Source of the DNA: Octopus vulgaris
Lineage: Eukaryota
NCBI GenBank assembly: GCA_951406725.2
Contig: OX597820.1
Span: 19,282,001 to 19,346,000, forward strand
Direction: 5' to 3'
DNA: 64,000 nt
This document shows, one piece after another, positions 62,871 to 64,000 of the stretch. Position numbers and translations under genes: made by a program. A model generated the notes under the pieces. That model saw only the letters and a program-made list of their open reading frames with translations, was not told the origin of the DNA and did no database searches. Positions within the stretch are counted from its first letter, which is position 1, and each line of letters starts with the position of its first letter.

Positions 62871-63258
62871 ATCATCATCATCATCATCATCATCATCATC
62901 GTTTAGCGTCCGCTTTCCATGCTAGCATGGGTTGGACGGGTCAACTGGGGTCTGTGAAGCTGGAAGGCTTCGTCAGGCCCAGTCAGATCTGGCAGTGTTT
63001 CTACGGCTGGATGCCCTTCCTAACGCCAACCACTCCGCGAGTGTAGTGGGTGTTTTTTACGTGCCACCTGCACGTATATATATATACATATATACGACAG
63101 GCTTCTTTCAGTTTCCATCTACCAACTCCACTCACAAGGCATTGGTTGGCCCGGGGCTATAGCAGAAGACACTTGCCCAAGGTGCCACGCAGTGGGACTG
63201 AACCCGGAACCATGTGGTTGGTTAGCAAGCTACTTACCACACAGCCACTCCTGCGCCT
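62635..63258 (-). mobile_element. SINE A, full length, with family C (62871-63075) in its central microsatellite
   Basis: A tail at 62635, A head ending CACTCCTGCGCCT at 63258, C insert starting (CAT)n. Confidence 0.9.
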
Positions 63259-63709
63259 GCATATATGTATGTATGTATGTATGTTTGTTGTGCAGTTTAT
63301 AAGCTTAAAACAAGCTTAGTACTGGAGTGTTCTTTTATGCTGACGTTTGTTACTGCCACCTGTTAAGTTGCTTTTCAAATTATTTCTTTAACACAATTAA
63401 TGAAAACTGCTCATTATTGCTACCTGGTGTTAACAGGTAATATAATATTAAAATATATAAATAATGGCTCCTACCATCATTTGTACCTGTAGCCACGTGT
63501 CTATGTGTTTATAAAGTAGTAGATCTCTTCCCTACCACCACCACCACCACCACCAGTGTGTGTGTGTGAGTGTAAATATATACATGTATGTTCCAGAGGG
63601 TGACAGGTACAAAATAAGCTATGTCAGGTTACTTAGCATGAAGAACTCAATAAGTCTAGAATGAACCAAAATGTAATCCATAATCTGAAAAAATGTATTT
63701 TATTTCACC

Positions 63710-63945
63710 TGTGTGTCTGTGTGTTACTGTCTCCTTGCCTTGGCATTGCAGGATTGTCGTAAATGAGTGCCACTGTCATACAAGCAGTGTCTTGTTTCTA
63801 ACCTTAACCTTCTTTGAAAACATGTCCAGTGATGGAAAAAATGTTATCTTTCTTGGAAACAGGTGAAGGTTGAAGACAGGAAGGGCGTCCAGTTGTAGAA
63901 AATCTAACTCAACATATTTTGTCTATCATATTCTGGGCATATAAG
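63710..63945 (+). mobile_element. Older element with a C-related RTE-type tail
   Basis: TTGGAAACAGGTGAAGGTTGAAGACAGGAAGGGCGTCCAGTTGTAGAAAATCT; relatives at ~190-275(+) and 40415-40560(-). Confidence 0.55.
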
Positions 63946-64000
63946 AATGACCCTTCATGCTATAAAGTGTCCCTTGATGATCCATTCTAATTAAGCGTCC

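Noticed and set aside
2784-63319. Dozens of ORFs rich in YI/CV/HT/M runs or containing [26 protein letters not shown]
   Set aside because: They are translations of microsatellites, SINE A, family C and Helitron copies; they recur with the repeats and are not genes.

Overview
This is AT-rich eukaryotic non-coding DNA, either intronic or intergenic. The repeat families and the very high microsatellite density look like an octopus (coleoid cephalopod) genome; that assignment is an inference from family resemblance. I find no intact protein-coding gene. Most of the supplied ORFs are translations of microsatellites or SINEs. The window is a nested transposon mosaic with these components: (A) about 30 copies or fragments of a ~400-bp tRNA-headed CORE-type SINE with an internal (TA)n/(TG)n tract; (B) about 20 copies of a ~220-bp tRNA-headed SINE with alternative tails; (C) about 15 RTE-type 3' tails ending in (GAT)n; (D, E) two further tRNA-headed SINEs; non-autonomous Helitrons; hAT, piggyBac-like, Tc2/pogo-like and mariner MITEs or deletion derivatives, many with readable target-site duplications (TSDs); and decayed RTE, Penelope-like and Tigger coding fragments. 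The letters A-E and J are my own labels. The observations most worth checking are a tRNA-headed SINE with a Penelope-type hammerhead-like tail, several long fold-backs with hammerhead-like cores, one SINE head joined to three unrelated tails (one highly structured), and a perfect 31-bp inverted pair of unique sequence 2.8 kb apart. Boundaries are read by eye and are approximate unless a TSD is quoted.
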